From an uncultured cyanobacterium (GTDB lineage: Bacteria > Cyanobacteriota > Cyanobacteriia > Cyanobacteriales > Cyanobacteriaceae): a stretch of DNA of 64,000 bases. The stretch spans positions 160,001 through 224,000 of the forward strand of contig CAVVOP010000020.1 in NCBI GenBank assembly GCA_963749915.1, given 5' to 3'. This document shows, one piece after another, positions 1 to 9,579 of this stretch. Numbering within the stretch: the first letter of the stretch is position 1; every line of letters begins with the position of its first letter. The translations under genes were made by a program, and so were the position numbers. Below the pieces are notes generated by a model. That model did not search any database. It saw only the letters and a program-made list of their open reading frames with translations, and was not told where the DNA came from.

Positions 1-351
1 AAATTGCTCTTGCTGTTGAGCGATCGCTTCTTTCCAAGCGGTTTGTTTTTCCTTGACTTGCTGACGTGCTTGTTTGACCAAATTATGATACTCTTCCTCC
101 CCCTCTTTTTGAGCTTGAATCATAATTTCTTGCCGTTTTTGCTGTAACTGCCGTTGTTTTTCCTCGTATAAGACTGCTTGTGCTTCAGCTACTTCTTGTT
201 TTTCTCTTGCTTCTTGCCAATGGCGATCGATTTCCTCCTGTCGTGCACTAATGGTTTTAATTATCGGTCGATATAAAAAGCGATGTAACAAAAAAACCAG
301 AATCAGAAAATTGGCCAGTTGGGCGATAATGGTAAACCAATCAATTAACAA
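1..351 (-). CDS. atpF: N-ATPase F0 subunit b, runs off the window edge
   Basis: Manual translation from TTG at 351 gives MLIDWFTIIAQLANFLILVFLLHRFLYRPIIKTISARQEEI, a subunit-b N-terminal helix followed by coiled coil. Directly downstream of atpE; absent from the ORF track. Confidence 0.9.
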   Translation of the reverse strand, partial: MLIDWFTIIAQLANFLILVFLLHRFLYRPIIKTISARQEEIDRHWQEAREKQEVAEAQAVLYEEKQRQLQQKRQEIMIQAQKEGEEEYHNLVKQARQQVKEKQTAWKEAIAQQQEQF

Positions 352-354
352 GGT

Positions 355-630
355 TTAGCCTCCATTTTCTACAAAATGATTCCAAAAAGGGTTGGCAAAA
401 ATCAAAATCATCGAAACCACAAAACAATAAATTCCCGTCGATTCCACTAATGCCAAACCGACAAATAGAGTTCGAGTAATAGTATTTGATTGATCTGGCT
501 GTTGTGCAAGAGCTCGCATGGCATTAGCCAAAGCCAACCCTTCACCAATTGCTGGGCCAATTGCACCGATGGCCATAGTAATACCAGATGTAATAATTGA
601 AACCATACCGATTAGACCGAGATTATCCAT
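355..630 (-). CDS. atpE: N-ATPase F0 subunit c with Na+-type ligand motif
   Basis: GAIGPAIGEG...AQQPD...LVESTGIY...FANPFW; AGGAG RBS before ATG at 630. Confidence 0.93.
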   Translation of the reverse strand: MDNLGLIGMVSIITSGITMAIGAIGPAIGEGLALANAMRALAQQPDQSNTITRTLFVGLALVESTGIYCFVVSMILIFANPFWNHFVENGG

Positions 631-713
631 TAAAATTGCTCCTGTTCCAATCACAAGAAAAAACTTCTCTTGCTTGATTCTATATTTAATATGGTAAAGT
701 CATGTAGATAAAC

Positions 714-1001
714 TCAATCGAAATGTAAAGAAATGTGTGCTTTTGCCCTGGCATAGGTATAGGCATTCAGGTGGTAAAGACCGACATACTTCATCTCGTC
801 GTAGCCCTGGGCATTGGGCAGTGCGTAATCTGCCTCACCCAGGTGCCATTTGCCCGTGAAAAAGGTGCGGTAGTCTGCCTGTTTCAGCACGGAGGCCAGC
901 GTCCACTCTGTTGCGGGTAAGCCGCCGCCATAAGGACCGAGATCGCCATAGCCTGTGTCATCAGTCACAAGCAGAATAATGTTTGGTTTTTTGTCCGGCA
1001 T
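714..1001 (-). pseudogene. Arylsulfatase remnant, internally deleted and 3'-truncated
   Basis: KPNIILLVTDDTGYGDLG and GKWHLG motifs are present, but the CxPxR catalytic motif that normally lies between them is missing; only 95 aa. Confidence 0.85.
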
Positions 1002-1031
1002 TGTTTTGTCTCTCCATTAAATGGTCATTAG

Positions 1032-1052
1032 TTGGCAGGATTCACCTGCCAA
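1032..1052. other. Hairpin TTGGCAGG-N5-CCTGCCAA
   Basis: Perfect 8-bp stem just downstream of the LVIVD gene stop; no clear U-tract. Confidence 0.4.
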
Positions 1053-1078
1053 TGGATTTAATTGCGTATCCGTTTGAT

Positions 1079-1810
1079 CTAAATTGAGACTTCAAAAGCT
1101 ACTCCCTCACAAATAAACTGAGGATAATTAGTTAAAATATTTTGTCTTTCTTCTTCCCCTACAAAAATATATGTACCGACTTGTTGACTATTTTGAAAGC
1201 GATAAAAATCAACCCCTTTATTGGCATCCCCGTTATAGACATAAAAGGCAATACCTTCCTCCATAAAATTGGTATAGTTGGCACGAATACTAATACTTTC
1301 TGATTCTCCTGCATAAAGATAAGTACCGGGTATATCTTTATTTTGAAAACGATTCATCACAATTAAATCATCATCAGGTGCGATCGCTACTTTAAAAGCC
1401 TCGCCTTCTTCGGTAAAGTTAGAATAATTAGCAATAATACTTTGTCTTTCTTCTTCCCCCACAAAAATATAAGTACCCAAGACATCAGTATTTTGAAACC
1501 GATAAATAGGATTATTTAATAGATCATCAATATTATCATCTCCACGATTGGCAATATCATGGCTCAAAATTTGTAAATTATCCTCACCATCAGCAATGTA
1601 AATATATTCTTCAACCACTGTTAAAGCGTTTGCATTACCAAGAGTATCATAAGAGTCAATGAGAGAAATATTATTAGGATCACTAATATCGATGATTTCT
1701 ACTCCTTCTTGATTAGTGAGATAAGCATAGTTTCCAACTACCTCAAGGTCTTTAGTAGGATAATTGTTATCATAAGAACCTATGGTATGAGGATTAGCTG
1801 GATCACTAAT
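1079..1810 (-). pseudogene. 3' portion of an LVIVD-repeat extracellular protein with three C-terminal YRFQN..GTY repeats; 5' part cut by the IS
   Basis: LVIVD-like units (GNYAYL...IIDISDPNN) and three RFQNxxxxGTY..GE.E...F..EG.AF repeats; the frame runs directly into the IS end at 1811. Confidence 0.8.
1380..1387. repeat. HIP1 octamer GCGATCGC (example; also 7433-7440, 8105-8112 and others)
   Basis: Recurrent palindrome typical of cyanobacterial genomes. Confidence 0.85.
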
Positions 1811-3312
1811 CTGACTTTTCACGGCATCTCTGAAAGGCACTCTGGAAAGGCATTATAGACTTAGGGCAGTTTTTGAGGTAGAGTAAAGAAAAACTAGTGA
1901 GTAGAGGTAAAAAAATGTTGGATTGGTGGATGAAAAACTTTGCCAGTTGTGACTTGGGAGACGAACGTTTGAACGACAGAGCCTTCTTAATAGGCAAAGC
2001 TTTAAGTCAAGGATTTGGCAAAGCACTCTCAGAAATATTTAAAAGTGCTAATGAGTTAAAAAGGTCATATGAATTTTTGCCAATTTAAAAACAAATTTTG
2101 CCAAGATAATATGGCCGCATTGTCAAATGACAATCGCCGCCGTTGAAGAACATAATACTATTTTATCGGTAGGAGACACTACCTATCTTGATTATCGTGG
2201 AATTAAGGAAAAAAAGGAAGGGTATGGACCGACCGGTAATGGTGGGAATGGCTTAATTCTTCATAGTTCCCTAGGAATAGACCCCCAAATAGGACAAACA
2301 ATCGGATTACTGTGGCAAAAACTTTGGAATCGCGACCACAAACCCAAACCCCCCAAAGATGAAACAGCAGAAGCAAAAAAAGAACGTCAAAAACTTGCCA
2401 GAAAAGCTGCACGTCAAAGACCTTTTGAAGATAAAGAATCCTATAAATGGGTAGAATCCATTAACGAACTAGAAAAACAAGTAGACGTTTCAACCAAGGT
2501 GATTCATATCTTTGACCGAGAAGGAGATATTACAGAAGTTTTTGATAAAGTACGTCAATGCAAACATACAGGAATAGTGGTAAGGGCAGCACATGACCGC
2601 AGTTTAAATGCTGATAGCGAAAGACTTTGGGCAAAAATGGAATCAATACCTATTAATTTTGAACAAGAGATTGAGATCCCTGCTACCCCTAAACGTCGAG
2701 CTCGTAAAGCTAAATTAGCAGTGCGGTTTTCTCAAGTTCAACTGCGAGTACCATTAAGATTTGACTGTCGTGATCCCTTAAATGTCTACGCAGTTTATGC
2801 TACAGAAATCGATTGCCCAGAAGGGGAAACTCCTTTATCTTGGATGCTTTTAACCACAGAAGTTGTAGATTCAATAGACATGGCTGCAACCATTCTCAGA
2901 TGGTACACTTACCGTTGGCATGTAGAGAAGTATCATAAGATTTTAAAATCAGGTTGTCAAGCCGAACAGTATAGACTTGCTGCTGATGGGATGAAAACTT
3001 TATTAGGTTTTTTAAGTGTTATTGCGGTTGAACTCTTACAGGTAACTTATCTCCATCGTACTCAGCCAGAAGCTCCTGCTATTTCTATTCTTAACCCTGT
3101 TCAGGTTGAAGTTTTAAAAGCCAAATCTAGAAAACTTCCTCCTGTTTTAACTATATCTTGGGCAGTAGAGGCTGTTGCTTCTCTTGGGGGTTATCTTGAA
3201 CATCGACGTAAGACCCCTATTGGTATCCAAGTTCTCTGGCGTGGTTGGTTAAATTTACATGAACTATGTGAAGGCTGGAAGCTTGCAAAAAGCACTTAAC
3301 GTGAAAAGTCAG
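1811..3312 (+). mobile_element. IS4-family (IS50/Tn5-like) insertion sequence, 1502 bp
   Basis: Perfect 13-bp terminal inverted repeats CTGACTTTTCACG (1811-1823) and CGTGAAAAGTCAG (3300-3312) enclose a DDE transposase; no target-site duplication. Confidence 0.92.
1915..3299 (+). CDS. IS4-family transposase split by a -1 frameshift near 2074-2078
   Basis: DNA-binding part (LGDERLNDR) ends at 2088; the catalytic part has GDTT, FDREGD and YTYRWHVEKYHKILKSGC. One extra T joins them as YEFFANLKT. Confidence 0.85.
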
Positions 3313-3709
3313 ATCTCCCTATATGTTAGTGATCGCTGACATGAAGGCAAAACAAGCAGGTTTAAATATTCAATGGCTACATAGTCAAGCAGAAGCGACA
3401 CAACTTGAGGATGAACAGTTTGATTTAATTACAGCTAGTTTGTTATTCCATGAAACTCCCTCTTCAATTGCTCAAGCTATACTCCAGGAGTGTTTTCGTC
3501 TGTTAATACCAGGAGGACAAATTCTGATATTAGATGGCAATCAAAAAACTATCCGTCATACATCTTGGTTAACAAAGGTTTTTGAAGAACCCTATATTAA
3601 AGACTATGCAGAAGGCAGTATCGATGCTTGGATGGGTGCTGCTGGTTTTGCTCAGATCCGCACAGATGATGTCTGGTGGATGAATCAAGTTACTCGTGCC
3701 ACTAAGTAA
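3313..3709 (+). pseudogene. 3' half of a class I SAM methyltransferase, 5' end cut by the IS
   Basis: Reads SPYMLV directly after the IS end, as the tail of a DLSPYML motif; FDLITASLLFHE and RLLIPGG are present, motif I is absent. Confidence 0.8.
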
Positions 3710-3769
3710 TTTACATTAGACCTGTTGTGAAATAACATGTTATCATCTTGAAAGGGCTGGTATATAAAT

Positions 3770-5332
3770 CTACCAAGAATGCAATGCTCTCAACTGAGGT
3801 GTTTTTTTCAATTGATGGGCTTCCATACGAGTTAGGACATCATCCAAAATAGTGATCGCTTCAGCAATGAATGGTCCTTTATTCAACATAACACACTCGG
3901 CTCGTTCAGCCATTGCCGCATCAGTCATTTCTCCTCGGGAAGGTGCTCCTTTTTTCACCAAGTTTTCCAAAACTTGGGTTGCCCAAATCACGGGAACATG
4001 AGCCGCTTCACACAGCCAGAGAATTTCCTCTTGGATTTCCGTTAAACGTTGGTATCCAATTTCAACCGCCAAATCGCCCCTAGCAATCATGACTCCGAAT
4101 GAACGCTTACCTGCCGCATGAATGATTAATTCTGGTAGATTAAGAACCGCTATAGGGGTTTCAATTTTTGCCACGATTGCCAGTGGGGCAAGTCGGCCGT
4201 TGGAACGCTGGTCTAATTCTTGTTGTAGTAACTGAATATCGGCAGCTTTTTGCACAAAAGAGTAACCAATGATGTCTGCATGAGTTGCCACAAAGTCTAG
4301 ATCCTGTAAATCTTTTTCCGTCAGGGGATTGAGGGGTAAGACCGTGTTCGGAAAATTCAAGCCCTTTTCAGGCTTAAGTTTAACCCCTTTAGGCGGTGCA
4401 TGGGTCACTTGGAGTAAGAGTCCTGATTGTCCATTAGGTATTGGCAATTGGGAATCAACCACACGAGTCCGGATTTTGCCATCGTCGATATATACTGGTG
4501 TGCCAACGGTCAGAAGTTCAATAATTTCCGGAACGGTACAATAGGTTTGGAAATAATCCACAGATCCTGAAATTGCTTCACCTGAAAGAGTTTCACTTCC
4601 CAATTCACTGGGAGATCCTAATAGCAGAATATGATCTCCTCGAAATACCCTTTTTTTGTCCGGTGGTGCAACCACTGAACCAGTGCGGATTTTCGGACCA
4701 GCTAAGTCCATCATCACCCGGCAATTGACACCGATTTCTTGTTCTGCCAGTCGCACATGACGGATCATGCTTTCCCAAGCTTTTGGTAGATCGTGGGCAC
4801 AATTAATGCGGACACAGCTTGCACCTCGTTGGAGAATATCTCGCACCAGTCCATAGTCGGTGGCGGCTTCTGTGGGTAACGTGACCATAATTCTGACCCG
4901 TCGATGGGGTAAGGTGTGACCAAACAATTTCTCCGTGTGTTGCCGTAATAATTGCTCACCCTCAAAAAAAGCCTCAATGGGTGGACGTTTAATTTCAGGA
5001 GATTTAAACCCGCAAATCATTTCCAGAGTGGCAATGACTGCATCGAGATTGGGCATCACTCTGCCCTCAATACGCCCGAGGGAAGACAATCCCCAAGGTG
5101 TAAGTGCTACTTGGAGGGAACGTAAATCGTGCCGCCGTAAGGCTAGATACTGAGCCAAATTCAGTGCACTGGAGAGAAACTCAGAACGCTGGATGTGTCC
5201 TCGCCATTGGTTAAAGATGGCTTGTCCTTCAGTCTCAACGGTTTGACGAAGTTCTTTGAGGGTAGAGAGTAAAACCTCTGGACTGTCGAGATTAAGAGGT
5301 GAAACACTTAGGTCTAATGTCGAAGGAATCAT
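3770..5332 (-). CDS. pyk: Pyruvate kinase, variant with N-terminal extension
   Basis: RINCAH, DLAGPKIRTG, AKIET, MIARGDLAVE, WATQVLE, CVMLNKG. Confidence 0.88.
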   Translation of the reverse strand: MIPSTLDLSVSPLNLDSPEVLLSTLKELRQTVETEGQAIFNQWRGHIQRSEFLSSALNLAQYLALRRHDLRSLQVALTPWGLSSLGRIEGRVMPNLDAVIATLEMICGFKSPEIKRPPIEAFFEGEQLLRQHTEKLFGHTLPHRRVRIMVTLPTEAATDYGLVRDILQRGASCVRINCAHDLPKAWESMIRHVRLAEQEIGVNCRVMMDLAGPKIRTGSVVAPPDKKRVFRGDHILLLGSPSELGSETLSGEAISGSVDYFQTYCTVPEIIELLTVGTPVYIDDGKIRTRVVDSQLPIPNGQSGLLLQVTHAPPKGVKLKPEKGLNFPNTVLPLNPLTEKDLQDLDFVATHADIIGYSFVQKAADIQLLQQELDQRSNGRLAPLAIVAKIETPIAVLNLPELIIHAAGKRSFGVMIARGDLAVEIGYQRLTEIQEEILWLCEAAHVPVIWATQVLENLVKKGAPSRGEMTDAAMAERAECVMLNKGPFIAEAITILDDVLTRMEAHQLKKTPQLRALHSW

Positions 5333-5449
5333 AAGTTGAGTCTAATTGACAACTAGTTTTAATGATTATGGTCAAGGTATTCAAACTTAACTATGTTCAA
5401 GTTAGCTTTCACAAAAGTATAGTTTTAAACTGTTTAAAGTATAGCCTAT

Positions 5450-5833
5450 TCAGAGAGGAGAAGACTTAAACGCAAAAAAGGTTAAACATCCCCAACCGAC
5501 AATAAAAGCAACTCCACCTAAAGGAGTAATCGCACCTAACCACTTGACCCCTGTCAAACTCAAAGCATATAAACTACCAGAAAATAATAAAATTCCTACC
5601 ATAAAAGCAACGGCGGCAGTATTTAACCAAATTGAAGGTATTTTTTCCACTTTTGTTAAAATAGCGATGAGAAATAAACCGATACTATGGTACATTTGAT
5701 ATTTAATGCCTGTTTCCCAAATCGATAAAGCATAATCCGTTAAAATGGTTTTAAGACTATGAGAAGCAAAAGCACCACCAATGACGGCCAAACCAGCTAA
5801 AATTGACGCAATGGCTAAAAATAAGTTATTCAT
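5450..5833 (-). CDS. DUF423 (YgdD/TMEM256) membrane protein
   Basis: GAFASH, YQMYH, LFSGSLY, GAITPLGG. Confidence 0.9.
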   Translation of the reverse strand: MNNLFLAIASILAGLAVIGGAFASHSLKTILTDYALSIWETGIKYQMYHSIGLFLIAILTKVEKIPSIWLNTAAVAFMVGILLFSGSLYALSLTGVKWLGAITPLGGVAFIVGWGCLTFFAFKSSPL

Positions 5834-5889
5834 CGGCAGAAAATAGGTGTTAGTAAAATAAGATCAAATTATTTAATTTACTGATTGTT

Positions 5890-7557
5890 TTGAATTATTT
5901 AGATAAATTATTACATCCCTTAACGGATTTCGTCTCACCTGAAGAAATCGAAGAAAAAGAAGTAGTGACCTATTATTATCAGGGAACTTGTCCTCAAACG
6001 GGTGTTACCCTTAAATTACCTCGCACTATCTTAGGGGAAAAAATCGCCTTAAGTTTATGTCGTCAATTAAAAGAAACTAACTTTCACACCGTCAAAGGAA
6101 AAATGTTAGGGATTTTGATTGTCAAAGATAGTCAAGGAAAATTAGGAGTAATTAAAGCCTTTTCGGGATTATTAAACGGTAAAAAAGAAGTTAACGGTTG
6201 GGTGTCACAAATTCCGGGTTATTCTCTGATTGCTTTAGCGGAAAGTCTTACCCTTAAACAGTTGGATGAGATTAAGCAAGAAATTCTCTTCCTTAAAAAC
6301 TTATCCCTTCGTCAAGACTATCAAAAACTATCCGCTGAATATCAACGTCAATGGCAGGATTTAAAAATTACTCATCGTCAGAGAAAAGAAGATAGAGATA
6401 AAAACAGGTTTTTAGCCACCGATACCTTAGAAAAAGAAGAATTAACCAAAATACTCCATAATTTACAGCAAGAAAGTCGTCGAGATGATTGGGAAAGACG
6501 CAATTTGAAACATCAATGGCAGGATCAATTAAATCCTTTGACAGAAGAAATTAACATCGCTAACCTCAAAATTCAACAACTCAAACAACGACGAAAAGAA
6601 TTATCAAAACAGTTACAGGCACAAATGCAAACAGCCTATACTATTACTAATTTTGCTGGGGATAGTTTAAGCGTAGGAAAATTACTGGGCAAAACTTTCA
6701 TCCCCACTGGTACGGGAGATTGTTGCACCCCAAAATTATTACACCATGCCGCTACTAATCATCTACAACCCATGATGATGGCTGAATTTTGGTGGGGGGA
6801 AAACTCTCCTAATGGTGAAAAAGTCGAAGGTCTTTTTTATCCTGCTTGTGTGGAAAGATGTCAACCGTTAATGGGTTTTCTATTATCAGGTTTACCTACT
6901 TTTACCACCGTTAATACTCAAGAATCAATCCCCATTATTTATGATGATGACTGGCTATTAGTAGTAAATAAACCCTGTGATTTATTATCGGTATCTGGTA
7001 GAGGAAGTCATAATTTTGACAGTGTCGAGTCTCGTTTTAGACAGATTGCCACAGATACATCTAACATCTGGCCTATCACAGTCCATAGATTAGATCAAGA
7101 TACTTCAGGAATATTAATTTTGGCAAAAACCCAAGAAAGTTATATCAACCTATCTCAACAATTTGCCCAAAGGCAGGTTAAAAAAGTTTATGAGGCAGTG
7201 TTAAATGATTTAATTTCTCTATCAGAGGGCATTGTTGACTTACCATTATGGGCTAACCCTTTAATACGACCTCGTCAAGAGGTAAATTATGATCATGGTA
7301 AACCTAGTGTTACTCATTTTCAGGTGATGGGGGTAGAAAATGGACAAACACGCTTAGAATTAAAGCCGATCACGGGAAGAACTCACCAGCTAAGAGTCCA
7401 TTGTGCCAAAGGTTTAGGGGTTGCTATCAAAGGCGATCGCCTTTACGGAAAATCCCAGGATAATAGTCGAAGATTGTATCTTCACGCCCGTGAAATTAGT
7501 TTTACCCATCCACAACAAACAAAAGTGATACATTTACACACGGAAACACCTTTTTAA
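5890..7557 (+). CDS. RluA-family pseudouridine synthase with long N-terminal extension
   Basis: NKPCDLLS, HRLDQDTSG, TGRTHQLRVH, LYLHA. Confidence 0.92.
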   Translation: MNYLDKLLHPLTDFVSPEEIEEKEVVTYYYQGTCPQTGVTLKLPRTILGEKIALSLCRQLKETNFHTVKGKMLGILIVKDSQGKLGVIKAFSGLLNGKKEVNGWVSQIPGYSLIALAESLTLKQLDEIKQEILFLKNLSLRQDYQKLSAEYQRQWQDLKITHRQRKEDRDKNRFLATDTLEKEELTKILHNLQQESRRDDWERRNLKHQWQDQLNPLTEEINIANLKIQQLKQRRKELSKQLQAQMQTAYTITNFAGDSLSVGKLLGKTFIPTGTGDCCTPKLLHHAATNHLQPMMMAEFWWGENSPNGEKVEGLFYPACVERCQPLMGFLLSGLPTFTTVNTQESIPIIYDDDWLLVVNKPCDLLSVSGRGSHNFDSVESRFRQIATDTSNIWPITVHRLDQDTSGILILAKTQESYINLSQQFAQRQVKKVYEAVLNDLISLSEGIVDLPLWANPLIRPRQEVNYDHGKPSVTHFQVMGVENGQTRLELKPITGRTHQLRVHCAKGLGVAIKGDRLYGKSQDNSRRLYLHAREISFTHPQQTKVIHLHTETPF

Positions 7558-7607
7558 AAAGGTGTAAAACATCAAACATAAACTCGTTAACTATTACTTA
7601 CTTACCG

Positions 7608-7859
7608 ATGAACATCATTCTTTATAGTAAACCTGGATGCCATTTATGCGAGGGATTAGAAGAAAAATTACGAGCTATTACTGATATTAAATTAGAAATA
7701 GAAATCAGAGATATTAATACTAATAATCAATGGTGGGAAATGTATCAATATGAAATTCCAGTGCTGTTATTGGCAACGGAAAAAGGAGAACTATTGATCC
7801 CTCGCCCTTCTCCTCGAATTTCGGTGGTGCAATTGACAAAAATTTTACAGAAATATTAA
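7608..7859 (+). CDS. Glutaredoxin-like protein (DUF836)
   Basis: YSKPGCHLC and YEIPVL. Confidence 0.88.
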   Translation: MNIILYSKPGCHLCEGLEEKLRAITDIKLEIEIRDINTNNQWWEMYQYEIPVLLLATEKGELLIPRPSPRISVVQLTKILQKY

Positions 7860-7906
7860 CAAGGATATTTCTATAAAAATAGTTATAACTTAATTAAATC
7901 ATTGGA

Positions 7907-9400
7907 GTGAATTTCATGGAATTGCGTCAATTATTATCAGATTTAGCTCATCTTAACAACCTTGGTGAACATCCCAACCTAGAGGCAGAAGTAAAAGGCA
8001 TCACCACTAATTCCCATGCTGCCACTGGGGGTGATCTCTTTATTGGTATGCCCGGCACAAGGGTTGATGGAGGCGAATTTTGGCAAAGTGCCTTAAGAGA
8101 AGGGGCGATCGCCGCTATAATAGGACCATCCGCCGCTAGTAAAATACCCCCAACTTCTCAAGATTGCGTCATTGTTAGCGATGACATTGTGAGTATTTGT
8201 GCGGATATTGCCACTAAATTTTATGGTTATCCTAGCCAACAGTTAAAGATGGTGGGGGTTACAGGTACAAACGGTAAAACCACCACGACCCATTTAATCG
8301 AATTTTTTCTACATCAAGCCCAAAAAACTACGGCTTTATTTGGCACTTTATATGCCCGTTGGCAAGGTTATCAGAAAATTGCGACCCATACAACTCCTTT
8401 CGCCATTGATTTACAAGCCCAATTAGCGGAGGCGGTGGAAGCAGGGAATCATTACGTAGTTATGGAAGTAAGCTCCCATGCTTTAGCTCAAAAAAGAATT
8501 AGGGGCTGTAACTTTGATGTAGCTGTTTTTACGAATCTAACCCAAGATCATCTCGATTATCATGAAAATATGGATGATTATTTTTCGGCAAAGGCGTTAT
8601 TATTCAGCCCTGAATATTTGCGAGGAAAAGCGATTATCAACTATGATGACTTTTATAGTCAAAAATTGATTAATAGCCTCAATTCTGGAGAAATTTGGAC
8701 TTACAGCGTCAATAATCATCAAGCGGATTTATATACCAGCAAATTAACCTATCAAGCTACGGGAGTAAATGGTTTATTACATACTCCCCAAGGCAATATC
8801 GAATTTACCTCTCCTTTAGTGGGACAATTTAATTTATCCAATCTATTGGCCAGTGTGGGTGCAGTTTTACAGTTAGGGGTACCTTTAGAAATTATCGCCC
8901 AAAGTCTTCCTCTGTTTAAGGGTGTGCCAGGACGTATGGAAAGGGTAACACATAACGATCGCCAAGGTATAAATGTAATTGTCGATTATGCACACACTCC
9001 TGATAGTTTAGAAAATTTACTTAAGGCAGCCCGTCCATTTATCCCAGGAAAGATGATTTGTGTATTTGGTTGTGGGGGGGATCGCGATCGTACAAAACGC
9101 CCGATAATGGGTAAAATTGCGGCAAATCTAGCGGATTTTGTGGTAGTTACCTCCGATAATCCTCGCACAGAAAACCCTGAGCAGATTTTAATGGATATTT
9201 TGAAAGGTATTCCCGATTATATTACTCCTATTGTGGAAGGCGATCGAGCCTCGGCTATCAAAATAGCCATAGAAATGGCAAAAAGTGGCGATGGGGTGTT
9301 AATAGCTGGAAAAGGCCATGAAGATTACCAAATTTTAGGCACAGAAAAAATCCACTTTGATGACAGAGAAGAAGCCCGAAAGGTACTAGAATCAATGTAG
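7907..9400 (+). CDS. murE: UDP-MurNAc-tripeptide ligase (DAP-adding)
   Basis: GTNGKTT, MEVSSH, NLTQDHLDYH, DYAHTPD, DNPR, GKGHEDYQ. Confidence 0.97.
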   Translation: MNFMELRQLLSDLAHLNNLGEHPNLEAEVKGITTNSHAATGGDLFIGMPGTRVDGGEFWQSALREGAIAAIIGPSAASKIPPTSQDCVIVSDDIVSICADIATKFYGYPSQQLKMVGVTGTNGKTTTTHLIEFFLHQAQKTTALFGTLYARWQGYQKIATHTTPFAIDLQAQLAEAVEAGNHYVVMEVSSHALAQKRIRGCNFDVAVFTNLTQDHLDYHENMDDYFSAKALLFSPEYLRGKAIINYDDFYSQKLINSLNSGEIWTYSVNNHQADLYTSKLTYQATGVNGLLHTPQGNIEFTSPLVGQFNLSNLLASVGAVLQLGVPLEIIAQSLPLFKGVPGRMERVTHNDRQGINVIVDYAHTPDSLENLLKAARPFIPGKMICVFGCGGDRDRTKRPIMGKIAANLADFVVVTSDNPRTENPEQILMDILKGIPDYITPIVEGDRASAIKIAIEMAKSGDGVLIAGKGHEDYQILGTEKIHFDDREEARKVLESM

Positions 9401-9418
9401 GTAAAAGAGAAACAAAAA

Positions 9419-9573
9419 CTATAGCAATCAGGAATCATTCGTGAGAATCAAATAATTGTTTTAAAAGGATTCAGAATCCAGAATCCAGTATTCAGTAGAA
9501 TAATTCTGACTCCCGACTCCTGACTCCTGACTCCTAGTCTCACCAAAATCTCACAAATTAAAACTGATTGCAG
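9419..9573. repeat. MITE-like element with internal heptamer repeats
   Basis: Imperfect terminal inverted repeats GCAATCAG...GTGAGA / TCTCAC...CTGATTGC flank CAGAATC-type and CTGACTC-type tandem repeats; lies between convergent genes. Confidence 0.65.
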
Positions 9574-9579
9574 CGATAT

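Noticed and set aside
1811..1840. ORF-track start of the LVIVD protein (MPFRDAVKSQ)
   Set aside because: These codons lie inside the IS end and are not the native start.
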